From: Clostridia bacterium
Lineage (GTDB): Bacteria; Bacillota; Clostridia; Oscillospirales; Acutalibacteraceae
Assembly (NCBI GenBank): GCA_017414965.1
Contig: JAFQJL010000021.1
Coordinates: 13,886 to 77,885 of the forward strand
Direction of reading: 5' to 3'
Length of the DNA: 64,000 nucleotides
The notes below the pieces were generated by a model. It did no database searches. It was given only the letters and a program-made list of their open reading frames with translations, and was not told the DNA's origin. Each line of letters starts with the position of its first letter. The stretch's first letter is position 1. Shown here in pieces: positions 35,985 to 43,622 of this stretch. The translations under genes and the position numbers were made by a program.

Positions 35985-36770
35985 ATGTTTGATATTGATT
36001 CTTGCTATAGCTGTTTTGCAACAGAGCCCAATTCAGCATATTTCTGGTCTGGTTTGGGGGAAAAAGGAGAGGATATTGCTGCCAATATAGCAAAAGAGAA
36101 CAATGGTGTAACCCTTGAAACATTAATGCGCGAACATAAGGATGAACTGATAAACGCCGGATTTGAATATGATAAAGAACTGGACCGTTTTCTTTTTTCT
36201 CCAGACAATTACTCTGATTGGGAGGCAATCTCTAAAGCTTACGCGGAACAAGCATCTGGCGAGGTGCGCGCTATTTTGGGAGATAATATACGCCAAGATA
36301 GCGTATGGAATACCAAAGAACAACCGGCATTATCAAACAACAATACTGTCAGCAAAATAATTTCTGTTGATCCTAAAACAGGTCAAGAGAAAGATGTTTT
36401 GTTGGATAAATCCGCAATACAAGAATCTGCATATTCTCAAAACGCCCCCCTGAGCATATCATCAACCAATATTAAATCCATTGGCGGTGGCGGTTCTCGC
36501 GCGCCAGATCAATTAATAGCCGGCAAATCACCACCTCAAACCGTCTCCCAGGAGTCCGGTTCGACCGCAGAAACCGCGGGACGGTTGCCTCAACAAACTC
36601 AAACTCCGGTGACGGCCACAGATACACAACAATCGGGCACCACGCCGGACAAAAAGCAAAACATTGATATTCCATCAAAACAATCCAACTTTGCAGTTTC
36701 AAACGATCTTGCGCAAACAGCAGATGAAAAACCTATCAAAGGTGTGGATGTTGCATCTGGTGTTACCTAA
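35985..36770 (+). CDS. ADP-ribosyl cyclase/CD38-like (Tox-ARC) NAD-glycohydrolase-fold protein with disordered P/Q/T-rich C-terminal half
   Basis: YFWSG...VTLETL...DWEAISKAYAEQASGEV...DSVWNTKEQPAL aligns with few gaps to Aplysia cyclase MFWSG...ITLEDTL...FWGMASSSYAHSAEGEV...DSFFGKYELPNL (recalled from memory). This includes the catalytic Glu position (E112, nt 36318-36320). Confidence 0.65.
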   Translation: MFDIDSCYSCFATEPNSAYFWSGLGEKGEDIAANIAKENNGVTLETLMREHKDELINAGFEYDKELDRFLFSPDNYSDWEAISKAYAEQASGEVRAILGDNIRQDSVWNTKEQPALSNNNTVSKIISVDPKTGQEKDVLLDKSAIQESAYSQNAPLSISSTNIKSIGGGGSRAPDQLIAGKSPPQTVSQESGSTAETAGRLPQQTQTPVTATDTQQSGTTPDKKQNIDIPSKQSNFAVSNDLAQTADEKPIKGVDVASGVT

Positions 36771-36779
36771 GGAGGTTTT

Positions 36780-38099
36780 ATGAACACAAATAAAAAACAA
36801 CAATCCTCCGTGTTGTTTGGCGAAGAATTACATAGGGCTTGTCCCAACATTACAGAAAATAATGCCAGTTGCTATTTGCAAGGAGTCGATTCGTCCGGAC
36901 AAGCTGTCACGTTTCCTATGAGTGTAGATCTGCTGAGCAAACACATTCTGCTTTTGGGCGGTATCGGAACGGGTAAGACCAATACGTTTAATCAAATGAT
37001 CGCGCAGTTGAATCAAACCATTACCAGCGATGACATTGTGATCATTTTTGATGCCAAAGGTGATTTTTACCGCGAGTTTTATCGCCCGGGCGACGTGGTG
37101 ATCAGCAACGATTCTACTGCCATCGGCAAAGGTGTATTGGATTACTGGAACATTTTTAATGAAATCGACCGCGGGGAGCGCTTGACAGAGAGTGTCGTAG
37201 AGATATCGAAAGCATTGTTTGCGGAAGCGTGCGAGAAAACCAACCAAATCTTCTTCCCAAACGCTGCTAAGGATATCTTTATGGCGTGCCTATTGCATTT
37301 TATTCGCCACTATTCGCTGGAACAGCAGACAAACGAAAATCTGGTGTATTACATTAACGCCAGTAGTTCGGCAGACATTCGCGCTATGTTGGAGTCGTAT
37401 GACGATCTGCGTGCGATGAGCAGCTACATTTCCAATGACGAATCCCCGCAAACGCAGGGCGTGTTGTCGGAATTGCAACAGGTCGTTCGTGAGATCTTTC
37501 TTGGAAACTTTGCCAAGACGGGAACTCTTTCGCTAAAACATCTGGTGAATGCAAAAGGTGGCATTCGGGTGTTTATCGAATACGATTTGAGCATCGGAAA
37601 AATGCTGTCCCCGGTATACAGTTTGATGTTTGATATGGCGATCAAAGCCGCCCTCAGCCGAAACCGTAGTGCCGGCAACGTGTATTTCATCACCGATGAA
37701 TTCAAGTTGCTGCCGCACCTTAATCACATTGATGATGCGGTAAATTTCGGCCGAAGTCTTGGCATCAAATTTATGGTCGGCGTGCAAAACGTGGAACAGA
37801 TCTACGACAACTACGGTGAGGACCGCGCCCGAAGCATTATGTCGGGTTTTTCCACCAATATCTGTTTTCGCGTCAACGATGCAAAATCCCGTGAATATAT
37901 CCAAGGATTGTTTGGCAAAAACCAAAAAATCGAAACATATATGCCGACTATCCAAAATAAAGGAATGATTGAGGCCCAGCGTGAAGCCAACGTGGTGGAG
38001 GACTGGGATATTACGCGGTTAAATATCGGCGAGGCCATAGTCGGTCTGCCGGGATACGAACCGTTCGTGTTTCAATTTGAACGTTACAAGGAGAAATGA
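36780..38099 (+). CDS. soluble TraD/TrwB/VirD4-like (type IV coupling protein family) P-loop ATPase
   Basis: Walker A GGIGTGKT; VIIFDAKGDFY; YWNIFNEI; FFPNAAKDIFMACLLHF; Walker B VYFITDEF; VGVQNVEQIYDNYGEDRARSI. No N-terminal TM segment. Confidence 0.7.
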   Translation: MNTNKKQQSSVLFGEELHRACPNITENNASCYLQGVDSSGQAVTFPMSVDLLSKHILLLGGIGTGKTNTFNQMIAQLNQTITSDDIVIIFDAKGDFYREFYRPGDVVISNDSTAIGKGVLDYWNIFNEIDRGERLTESVVEISKALFAEACEKTNQIFFPNAAKDIFMACLLHFIRHYSLEQQTNENLVYYINASSSADIRAMLESYDDLRAMSSYISNDESPQTQGVLSELQQVVREIFLGNFAKTGTLSLKHLVNAKGGIRVFIEYDLSIGKMLSPVYSLMFDMAIKAALSRNRSAGNVYFITDEFKLLPHLNHIDDAVNFGRSLGIKFMVGVQNVEQIYDNYGEDRARSIMSGFSTNICFRVNDAKSREYIQGLFGKNQKIETYMPTIQNKGMIEAQREANVVEDWDITRLNIGEAIVGLPGYEPFVFQFERYKEK

Positions 38100-39244
38100 A
38101 AATGAAATATTGCGAAAATTGTGGCGCTCCTATTAAATTTATGGAGAAGCACGTTTGTCCAAACGAGGATGGAAATCCTACTGTTTTGGCCACCGAAAAA
38201 CCGCCGTTTCCAAAAAAATATAAGATTTTGATTGGTTGCGTCTGTCTGGCGGTATTTATTGGCCTGATAATTGCCTCATCCGTAGGGGTTGGAAAAATTG
38301 ATCCATTTGATTATACCAGCGTTTCTTTTGAGGGATACGATTCCGCCGGTCGTGTTTCTGTTTTCTTTGATGAGGATGCACTGATCCAAGAAATCATTGG
38401 GCCGGAACCGAGCGATTTAGGGGAAGAATACGCTGAATGGTTTATGAAGTACGATACATATTCGACATGTGTCAAATGTCAATATGAGCCCGAGGAAGGG
38501 CTCTCCAATGGTGATACAGTTACGGTTACGTTCACGGTCGATGATACCGTAACGAGCCGGATCAAAGCAGGTAAAAAGGAATTTACGGTTGAGGGTTTGC
38601 CGGAATTAGAAAAAATTGATGTGTTTAGTAATGTGGTGCTCAAGTATGAAGGCGTTGAAGGTCAAGCACACGCGATGGCAACCATCGGTTTGGATGTCAG
38701 TTTTTTTAACGATATTCGTATGAATATTGAGCCAAACGAAAATTTGAAAAACGGAGACATTATTACCGTTTCGGTTTCGAACGTCGATGACTTAGCCGAA
38801 ACTTATCAACAAATTCCGGCCGAGATCTCACGACAATATACCGTAGAGGGATTACCGTCGTATATTACGGAAGCTTCTCAGGTCCCGGTAGACGAGGTGA
38901 AATCGTTGGCGGCGGACTTTTTAAAGGAGAAGCAAGCGAATATAAAGGATGAAGCATTCTTTTCCTATTCCGATGTCAAATTGTATGGCATATATTTTAT
39001 GGAGCCCAAAGAAGGAACTTATGAAGATCCTTCTCTTTGGATTGTTGTTTCCTGCAAAGAATATATGGATGGGAGTTTTAGAGACAACCTGTACTTCCCT
39101 TTAAAATTCGATGACCCTATCATTCAGCCGGATGGCACGATGGGATATAAGTGGGACGATGGAGAACACGCAACTTTTCTCACAGGCGATTCATTCCCAA
39201 TGGAGTATGTTACAGCGAAATACAATGTGACGAAGATATTATAA
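38096..39244 (+). CDS. zinc-ribbon, single-pass membrane protein with repeated extracytoplasmic beta-rich domains
   Basis: CENCG...HVCPN ribbon, TM helix ILIGCVCLAVFIGLIIASSV, repeated NGDxxTV(T/S) units. ATG overlaps the ATPase stop. Confidence 0.6.
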   Translation: MKMKYCENCGAPIKFMEKHVCPNEDGNPTVLATEKPPFPKKYKILIGCVCLAVFIGLIIASSVGVGKIDPFDYTSVSFEGYDSAGRVSVFFDEDALIQEIIGPEPSDLGEEYAEWFMKYDTYSTCVKCQYEPEEGLSNGDTVTVTFTVDDTVTSRIKAGKKEFTVEGLPELEKIDVFSNVVLKYEGVEGQAHAMATIGLDVSFFNDIRMNIEPNENLKNGDIITVSVSNVDDLAETYQQIPAEISRQYTVEGLPSYITEASQVPVDEVKSLAADFLKEKQANIKDEAFFSYSDVKLYGIYFMEPKEGTYEDPSLWIVVSCKEYMDGSFRDNLYFPLKFDDPIIQPDGTMGYKWDDGEHATFLTGDSFPMEYVTAKYNVTKIL

Positions 39245-39249
39245 AATAA

Positions 39250-39284
39250 AACGCCTCGGATTTTTAATCCGAGGCGTTTTTTGT
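39250..39284 (+). terminator. operon terminator
   Basis: AACGCCTCGGA-TTTTTA-ATCCGAGGCGTT hairpin plus T-run. Confidence 0.85.
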
Positions 39285-39312
39285 TTTGTGCTTGCTAGAA
39301 TCAAAGAATACC

Positions 39313-39341
39313 TTGACATTATGAATCGGTTATGGTAAAAT
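39313..39341 (+). promoter_or_regulatory. promoter with extended -10
   Basis: TTGACA (39313-39318), 17-nt spacer, TGg-TAAAAT (39336-39341). Confidence 0.65.
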
Positions 39342-39347
39342 ACACTC

Positions 39348-39612
39348 ACAAAAACACTGGGTGCGTTGGATAAGAGGGAAGAGCGAATCGATCGCGAACC
39401 CCACGTGCTGCTCGCCGGAACGGCTGGCCGAGAGCCAGGGACCGACCATGAGCAACGGTCATTTGCTGACGGATGGCAAACGGACAACCGGGCGAAACAA
39501 CCCGGGAACAGGCCACAAGCTAAGTATACTACTGCTGGAGCAAGGCAGTAGCGAATGTGTAAACAAAGCGCATTCACTTACTTTTAATGTAAGTGAATGC
39601 GCTTTTTATTTT
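39348..39612 (+). ncRNA. candidate structured RNA (about 265 nt); partial resemblance to a short-type cobalamin riboswitch core
   Basis: GC-rich relative to its surroundings. At least 5 hairpins (CTGGC-CGAGA-GCCAG, GACCG-N11-CGGTC, CCGGG-N8-CCCGG, CTACTGC-N9-GCAGTAG). AAGAGGGAAG...CCCCACGTG and B12-box-like GAGCCAGGGACCGACC. Strong terminator at 39567-39612. Confidence 0.4.
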
Positions 39613-39699
39613 TTAAAATTTTCATATAAAAGCCAAAAAGTCCCGCTGCAACGGGACTCTTCGGCTATGAAGCGAAGTATCCTCGAACGATACTCCAAA

Positions 39700-41348
39700 C
39701 TACAGTGGCATTATATAGTACTTTACTTAATTTGTCAAGAGTTTACATGTTTCGAGGATGCTTTGAAAAGCATCCTCCTTTTTTACGGAGGAAATACCAA
39801 AACAGAAAGGATAACAAAATGTACTTCGTAAAAAAGATCGACGAAAGCTTTTCCCAGGCGTTAAAAGATATTGTCTCTAACCGAAAGCAATATGTAAGAA
39901 ATCCTCTAACGGATTTTACTCGAAAACGAAAAATGAATATGCGGGATGTTATATCTCAAATTCATTCTATGACTGGTGGTTCGCTTCAAAAAGAGTTATA
40001 TGATTGGTCGAAAATCAAGAAGATTTCTCTTACGGCTTCGGCGTTTGTACAACAAAGGTCCAAAATTCTTAGCGATGCATTTAAAGATATTTTCTATCAC
40101 TTTAACTCCTACTGTAATGACTCTAAAAAATATCGAGGTTATCGATTGATTGGAGTAGATGGAACAGATGTAAGTTGCCCGCGCAATCCCGATTCTCCCA
40201 ACTTTATAACAACATCACAATCTCCGGAAGGAGTTAATCGCATACATGTTAACGCCCTTTATGATTTATGCAATCACACATATGTTGATATCCTATGTCA
40301 ACCCCCAAAGCAGGCAGACGAAAGAGCTGCATTAATCGAGATGTTACACCGAAAAGCGCTTAAAGAAAAGACGCTTTTTGTGTTTGACCGTGGATATGAG
40401 AGTTACAATTTATTTGCGCACATAATTAATACGGAGAATGCAGATTTCGTATGTCGAGTGAGACAGAGCAATAGCGGAATGAGTAAAATCAAAACACTTC
40501 CTATGAAAGAATTTGATATAGATATTACTTTTGATATTACAACCACACAAACGAACGAGGATAAACTTCAAGGGCGCATATGGATTCAAACCGGAAGCAA
40601 AAAGGGCAAGATCAACAGCCCTAAGACAAGAGTTAGACAGTGGGATTTCCCTTCGCCGTATTCATTAAAACTAAGAGTGGTGCGCTTTTTGTTGGATAGT
40701 GGAGAATATGAAACTTTAATTACATCGTTAAGTAGAGAGGAGTTTTCGCTTCAAGATCTCAAAAAACTTTACCATGAGCGGTGGAATATTGAGATATCTT
40801 TCCGTGACTTAAAATATCCTATCGGATTGACTTATTTGCATAGCAAAAAAGATGATTTGATTCTGCAGGAAATCTATGCTGCGGTTACCATGTACAATTA
40901 TTGTAGCAGAATTGCCAGTAGTGTGGATATAAGTCGCTATAATGGCCGAAAACATGCATATAAGGTGAATTTAGCTATGGCTATACATATATGCAAACGC
41001 TTTTGTCTTTCTAATACTAAAAAATACAAAAGCTTACTTAATGACATAAATAGGTATGTAATTCCCCTTCGTCCCGGACGAAGGGATGAGCGAAAAATGC
41101 GACCAAAACGATTTGTCGGATTTATATATCGTGTGGCCGCGTAAGAAAAGCAAGTTTATACTTGCTTTTCTCGTCATACCAAAAATCGAAGAATTTCTTC
41201 ATTTTTCGCCTTAATTATAAGTGCAAAACTCATTTTAAACGCAATTTTATGCTTTTTATTTTTAAATTTCTTAACTTAATGCACGTTTCACAAAAAGAAA
41301 AAGATAGAGAGCGAAAAATTTCTTTTCACACTCTATCTTAATGACATT
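39700..41348 (+). mobile_element. IS4-family insertion sequence copy (proximal left end imperfect and approximate)
   Basis: Transposase gene plus right end CTTAATGACATT (41337-41348). A possible proximal left end, TGGCATTATATAG (about 39704), resembles TGTCATTAAGATAG of the right end. Confidence 0.5.
39819..41144 (+). CDS. IS4-family DDE transposase
   Basis: YHERWNIEISFRDLKY matches the Y-(2)-R-(3)-E-(6)-K signature; DDE_Tnp_1-like layout. ATG at 39819 after an AAAGGA RBS. Confidence 0.85.
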   Translation: MYFVKKIDESFSQALKDIVSNRKQYVRNPLTDFTRKRKMNMRDVISQIHSMTGGSLQKELYDWSKIKKISLTASAFVQQRSKILSDAFKDIFYHFNSYCNDSKKYRGYRLIGVDGTDVSCPRNPDSPNFITTSQSPEGVNRIHVNALYDLCNHTYVDILCQPPKQADERAALIEMLHRKALKEKTLFVFDRGYESYNLFAHIINTENADFVCRVRQSNSGMSKIKTLPMKEFDIDITFDITTTQTNEDKLQGRIWIQTGSKKGKINSPKTRVRQWDFPSPYSLKLRVVRFLLDSGEYETLITSLSREEFSLQDLKKLYHERWNIEISFRDLKYPIGLTYLHSKKDDLILQEIYAAVTMYNYCSRIASSVDISRYNGRKHAYKVNLAMAIHICKRFCLSNTKKYKSLLNDINRYVIPLRPGRRDERKMRPKRFVGFIYRVAA

Positions 41349-41360
41349 GAGCGATTGCTC
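41337..41360. repeat. right island junction: terminal inverted repeat CTTAATGACATT (41337-41348) plus direct repeat GAGCGATTGCTC (41349-41360)
   Basis: Exact match to the left junction. Confidence 0.85.
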
Positions 41361-41372
41361 GGTGCTTTTTCG

Positions 41373-42698
41373 TTACTCGTGTAAGCACGGATAGCCGGCG
41401 GCCTCGTGTGCGTCGAGCAGCTCGTCGCACAGCGACACGATCTCGTCGGTCGAGAGCGTTGCGGCGGTGTGCGGATCGGCCATGGCCGCTTGGTACACGG
41501 TATGTCGGTTGCCGGAAACCGCCGCCTCAATGGTCAGCAGCTGCACGTAAACGTTGGAGGAGTTCATTGCCGCCAGCTGCGTCGGCAACGCCCCGACATA
41601 CGTGGGGTGGACGCCGGCGTTATCGATCATACACGGCACTTCCACGCACGCTTCCGACGGCAGATTGGCGATCAAGCCGTGGTTGATGACGTTGCCGCCG
41701 ATCTTGTACGGCACGCCGGTGACCATCGCCTCCATAATATGCGAGGCGTACTCGGCCGAGCGCGTATGCTCCACGCGACCGCCGTTTAAGATGCTTTCCT
41801 TTTGCTCTTGCCAGTTGTTGATCTGCAAAACACAACGGCGTGGATATTCGTCCAGCGGAATGTTGAATTTCTCAATCAGATCCTCACGATTCGGCTTGAT
41901 GTAAAACGCGTTGTACTCGGCGTTGTGTTCGCTGGATTCGGTGCAATAATACCCCAATTTATCGATGTAGTCGTAGCGCACCATATTGGTGTGCTTCTCG
42001 TCGGCGTTTTTCTGCTTGGCACGGCGGCGGATCTCGGGGTACAGGTCGTTCCCGTCTTTGTCGCGAATGTCCAGCAACCACGCCATATGATTGATGCCGG
42101 CAATGGTCTCAATGCGTCCGTCGAGCTTATCGTTCATACCAAGCTCTGCCAGCAGCACTTCCGAGCACACCTGCACGCTGTGGCATAAACCGATGGTTTT
42201 CACGCCGGTGTGCCGCTGCATAAATCCGGTGATGATGGCCATCGGATTGGTATAGTTGAGCAGCCACGCATCGGGGCAGACCTCCTCGATGTCGCGCGCC
42301 AAACCTTTCATCACCTGAATGGTGCGGAGACCGCGCATAATGCCGCCAATACCGAGCGTGTCGCCAATGGTTTGGCGCAGACCGTATTTTTTCGGAATCT
42401 CAAAATCGATGACGGTACACGGCTCGTACAAGCCCACCTGAATGGCGTTGACGACGAAATCGGCGCCGCGAAGCGCCTCCTTGCGATTTTCGACACCGCA
42501 ATAGGTGCGGATATCGGCGCGCCCTTTGTTGATGGTGGTGTTCATCGCATCGATGAGCATAAACGACTCTTCCAATCGGGTTTTATCGATGTCGTATAAC
42601 GCGATGGTGACGTCGTGGAACTGTTCGCTGAGCATGGTGTCGCCGAGTACGTTTTTCGCAAATACCGTACTGCCGGCGCCCACAAAGGTGATTTTCAT
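41373..42698 (-). CDS. glycoside hydrolase family 4 (NAD/Mn-dependent alpha-glucosidase/alpha-galactosidase-like)
   Basis: MKITFVGAGSTVF Rossmann start; GH4-typical GLCHSV and NHMAW motifs. Start at 42698 after a GGAGG RBS. Confidence 0.8.
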   Translation of the reverse strand: MKITFVGAGSTVFAKNVLGDTMLSEQFHDVTIALYDIDKTRLEESFMLIDAMNTTINKGRADIRTYCGVENRKEALRGADFVVNAIQVGLYEPCTVIDFEIPKKYGLRQTIGDTLGIGGIMRGLRTIQVMKGLARDIEEVCPDAWLLNYTNPMAIITGFMQRHTGVKTIGLCHSVQVCSEVLLAELGMNDKLDGRIETIAGINHMAWLLDIRDKDGNDLYPEIRRRAKQKNADEKHTNMVRYDYIDKLGYYCTESSEHNAEYNAFYIKPNREDLIEKFNIPLDEYPRRCVLQINNWQEQKESILNGGRVEHTRSAEYASHIMEAMVTGVPYKIGGNVINHGLIANLPSEACVEVPCMIDNAGVHPTYVGALPTQLAAMNSSNVYVQLLTIEAAVSGNRHTVYQAAMADPHTAATLSTDEIVSLCDELLDAHEAAGYPCLHE

Positions 42699-42809
42699 AA
42701 CAAACCCTCCTCGGTCGGTTTTTTTCATTGTATCACGAATACGGAAAAAAGCCTATTGCAATAGGTGCTGATTATGTGGTAAAATGTAACTTATAGAGGA
42801 GGGGATAAA

Positions 42810-43586
42810 ATGCGTTTAAAGATCAACGCTACCCTGCGAGATCGTGGGTTTTCAGATATAAATCCGCTGGATTGCGGCGTGGAACAATGCGAAGCGGGAC
42901 ACCGCTTCGGTCCGTTTGTTCGGCGGTACTATTTGTTGCATTATGTGCTTTCCGGAAAGGGGATATATCGCCGCGGCGACACCACCTATCGGTTGTCGGC
43001 GGGTCAGTTTTTTCTCATACGACCGGATGAGGTCACCACGTATATGGCGGATCGGCAAGAGCCGTGGACGTATGTCTGGATCGGCGTGACCGGTCGTTTG
43101 GCGGCGCGATTTGACGCGCTTGACTCGCCGGTGGGGGAATTGTCCGATCTGCCGTTTCGTGAACTGCTGGGGATGCTGCAGGAGGATTTCCCCGGTTGGC
43201 GCGATATGCGCGAGGAATACATTGTCACGGTGGTGCATCGTGTGATGGCGGCGCTGTTTGCGAGCGTACCGGCTCACCGTCATTACGTCAGCCGTGTGGC
43301 GACGTTCATTCGCGCGTCGTATATGAAGGACATTTCCGTTCAGCAGATCGCCGACGAGATGTCGGTCGATCGGCGGCATCTGTCTCGTCAATTCAAAAAG
43401 CGGACCGGCGTGGGCATTCAGGAGTATCTGGTATCCGTGCGTATGGAGAACGCCGCCAAATTTTTGCTGGATGGTTACTCGGTATCCGAAACCTGTGATC
43501 TGTGCGGGTACAAGGATCGATCGAATTTTTCCAAAATGTTTTATGCGCGCTACGGTGTGTGGCCGAGCGCTTATGCCCGTTCATAA
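42810..43586 (+). CDS. AraC family transcriptional regulator
   Basis: Cupin N-domain plus C-terminal HTH pair (GYKDRSNFSKMFYARYGVWPSAY). Divergent from the GH4 gene. Confidence 0.85.
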   Translation: MRLKINATLRDRGFSDINPLDCGVEQCEAGHRFGPFVRRYYLLHYVLSGKGIYRRGDTTYRLSAGQFFLIRPDEVTTYMADRQEPWTYVWIGVTGRLAARFDALDSPVGELSDLPFRELLGMLQEDFPGWRDMREEYIVTVVHRVMAALFASVPAHRHYVSRVATFIRASYMKDISVQQIADEMSVDRRHLSRQFKKRTGVGIQEYLVSVRMENAAKFLLDGYSVSETCDLCGYKDRSNFSKMFYARYGVWPSAYARS

Positions 43587-43622
43587 AAACACCCCGCGGA
43601 CAGTTGTCCGTGGGGTGTTTGG

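Larger units (their letters stand above)
20566..41348. mobile_element. 20.8-kb low-GC mobile island (transposon-like unit with IS4-family transposase, integrase and toxin/defence cargo)
   Basis: Perfect 12-bp inverted ends, 12-bp flanking direct repeat, abrupt compositional change at both ends. Removing the island restores a terminator hairpin. Confidence 0.8.

Noticed and set aside
39361-39831. 156-aa and 61-aa plus-strand ORFs and the 112-aa minus-strand ORF across 39239-39831.
   Set aside because: They run through two intrinsic terminators and a hairpin-dense GC-rich segment, have no RBS, and have odd composition. The region is better explained as non-coding RNA plus the IS leader.
20566-41348. 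Interpretation of the island as a prophage or as a conjugative element (ICE).
   Set aside because: No terminase, portal, capsid, tail or lysis genes are present. No relaxase, VirB4, replication or mating-pore genes are present either. The only T4CP-like gene is anchor-less and embedded in the NADase operon. The bounded inverted ends and 12-bp duplication point to transposition.
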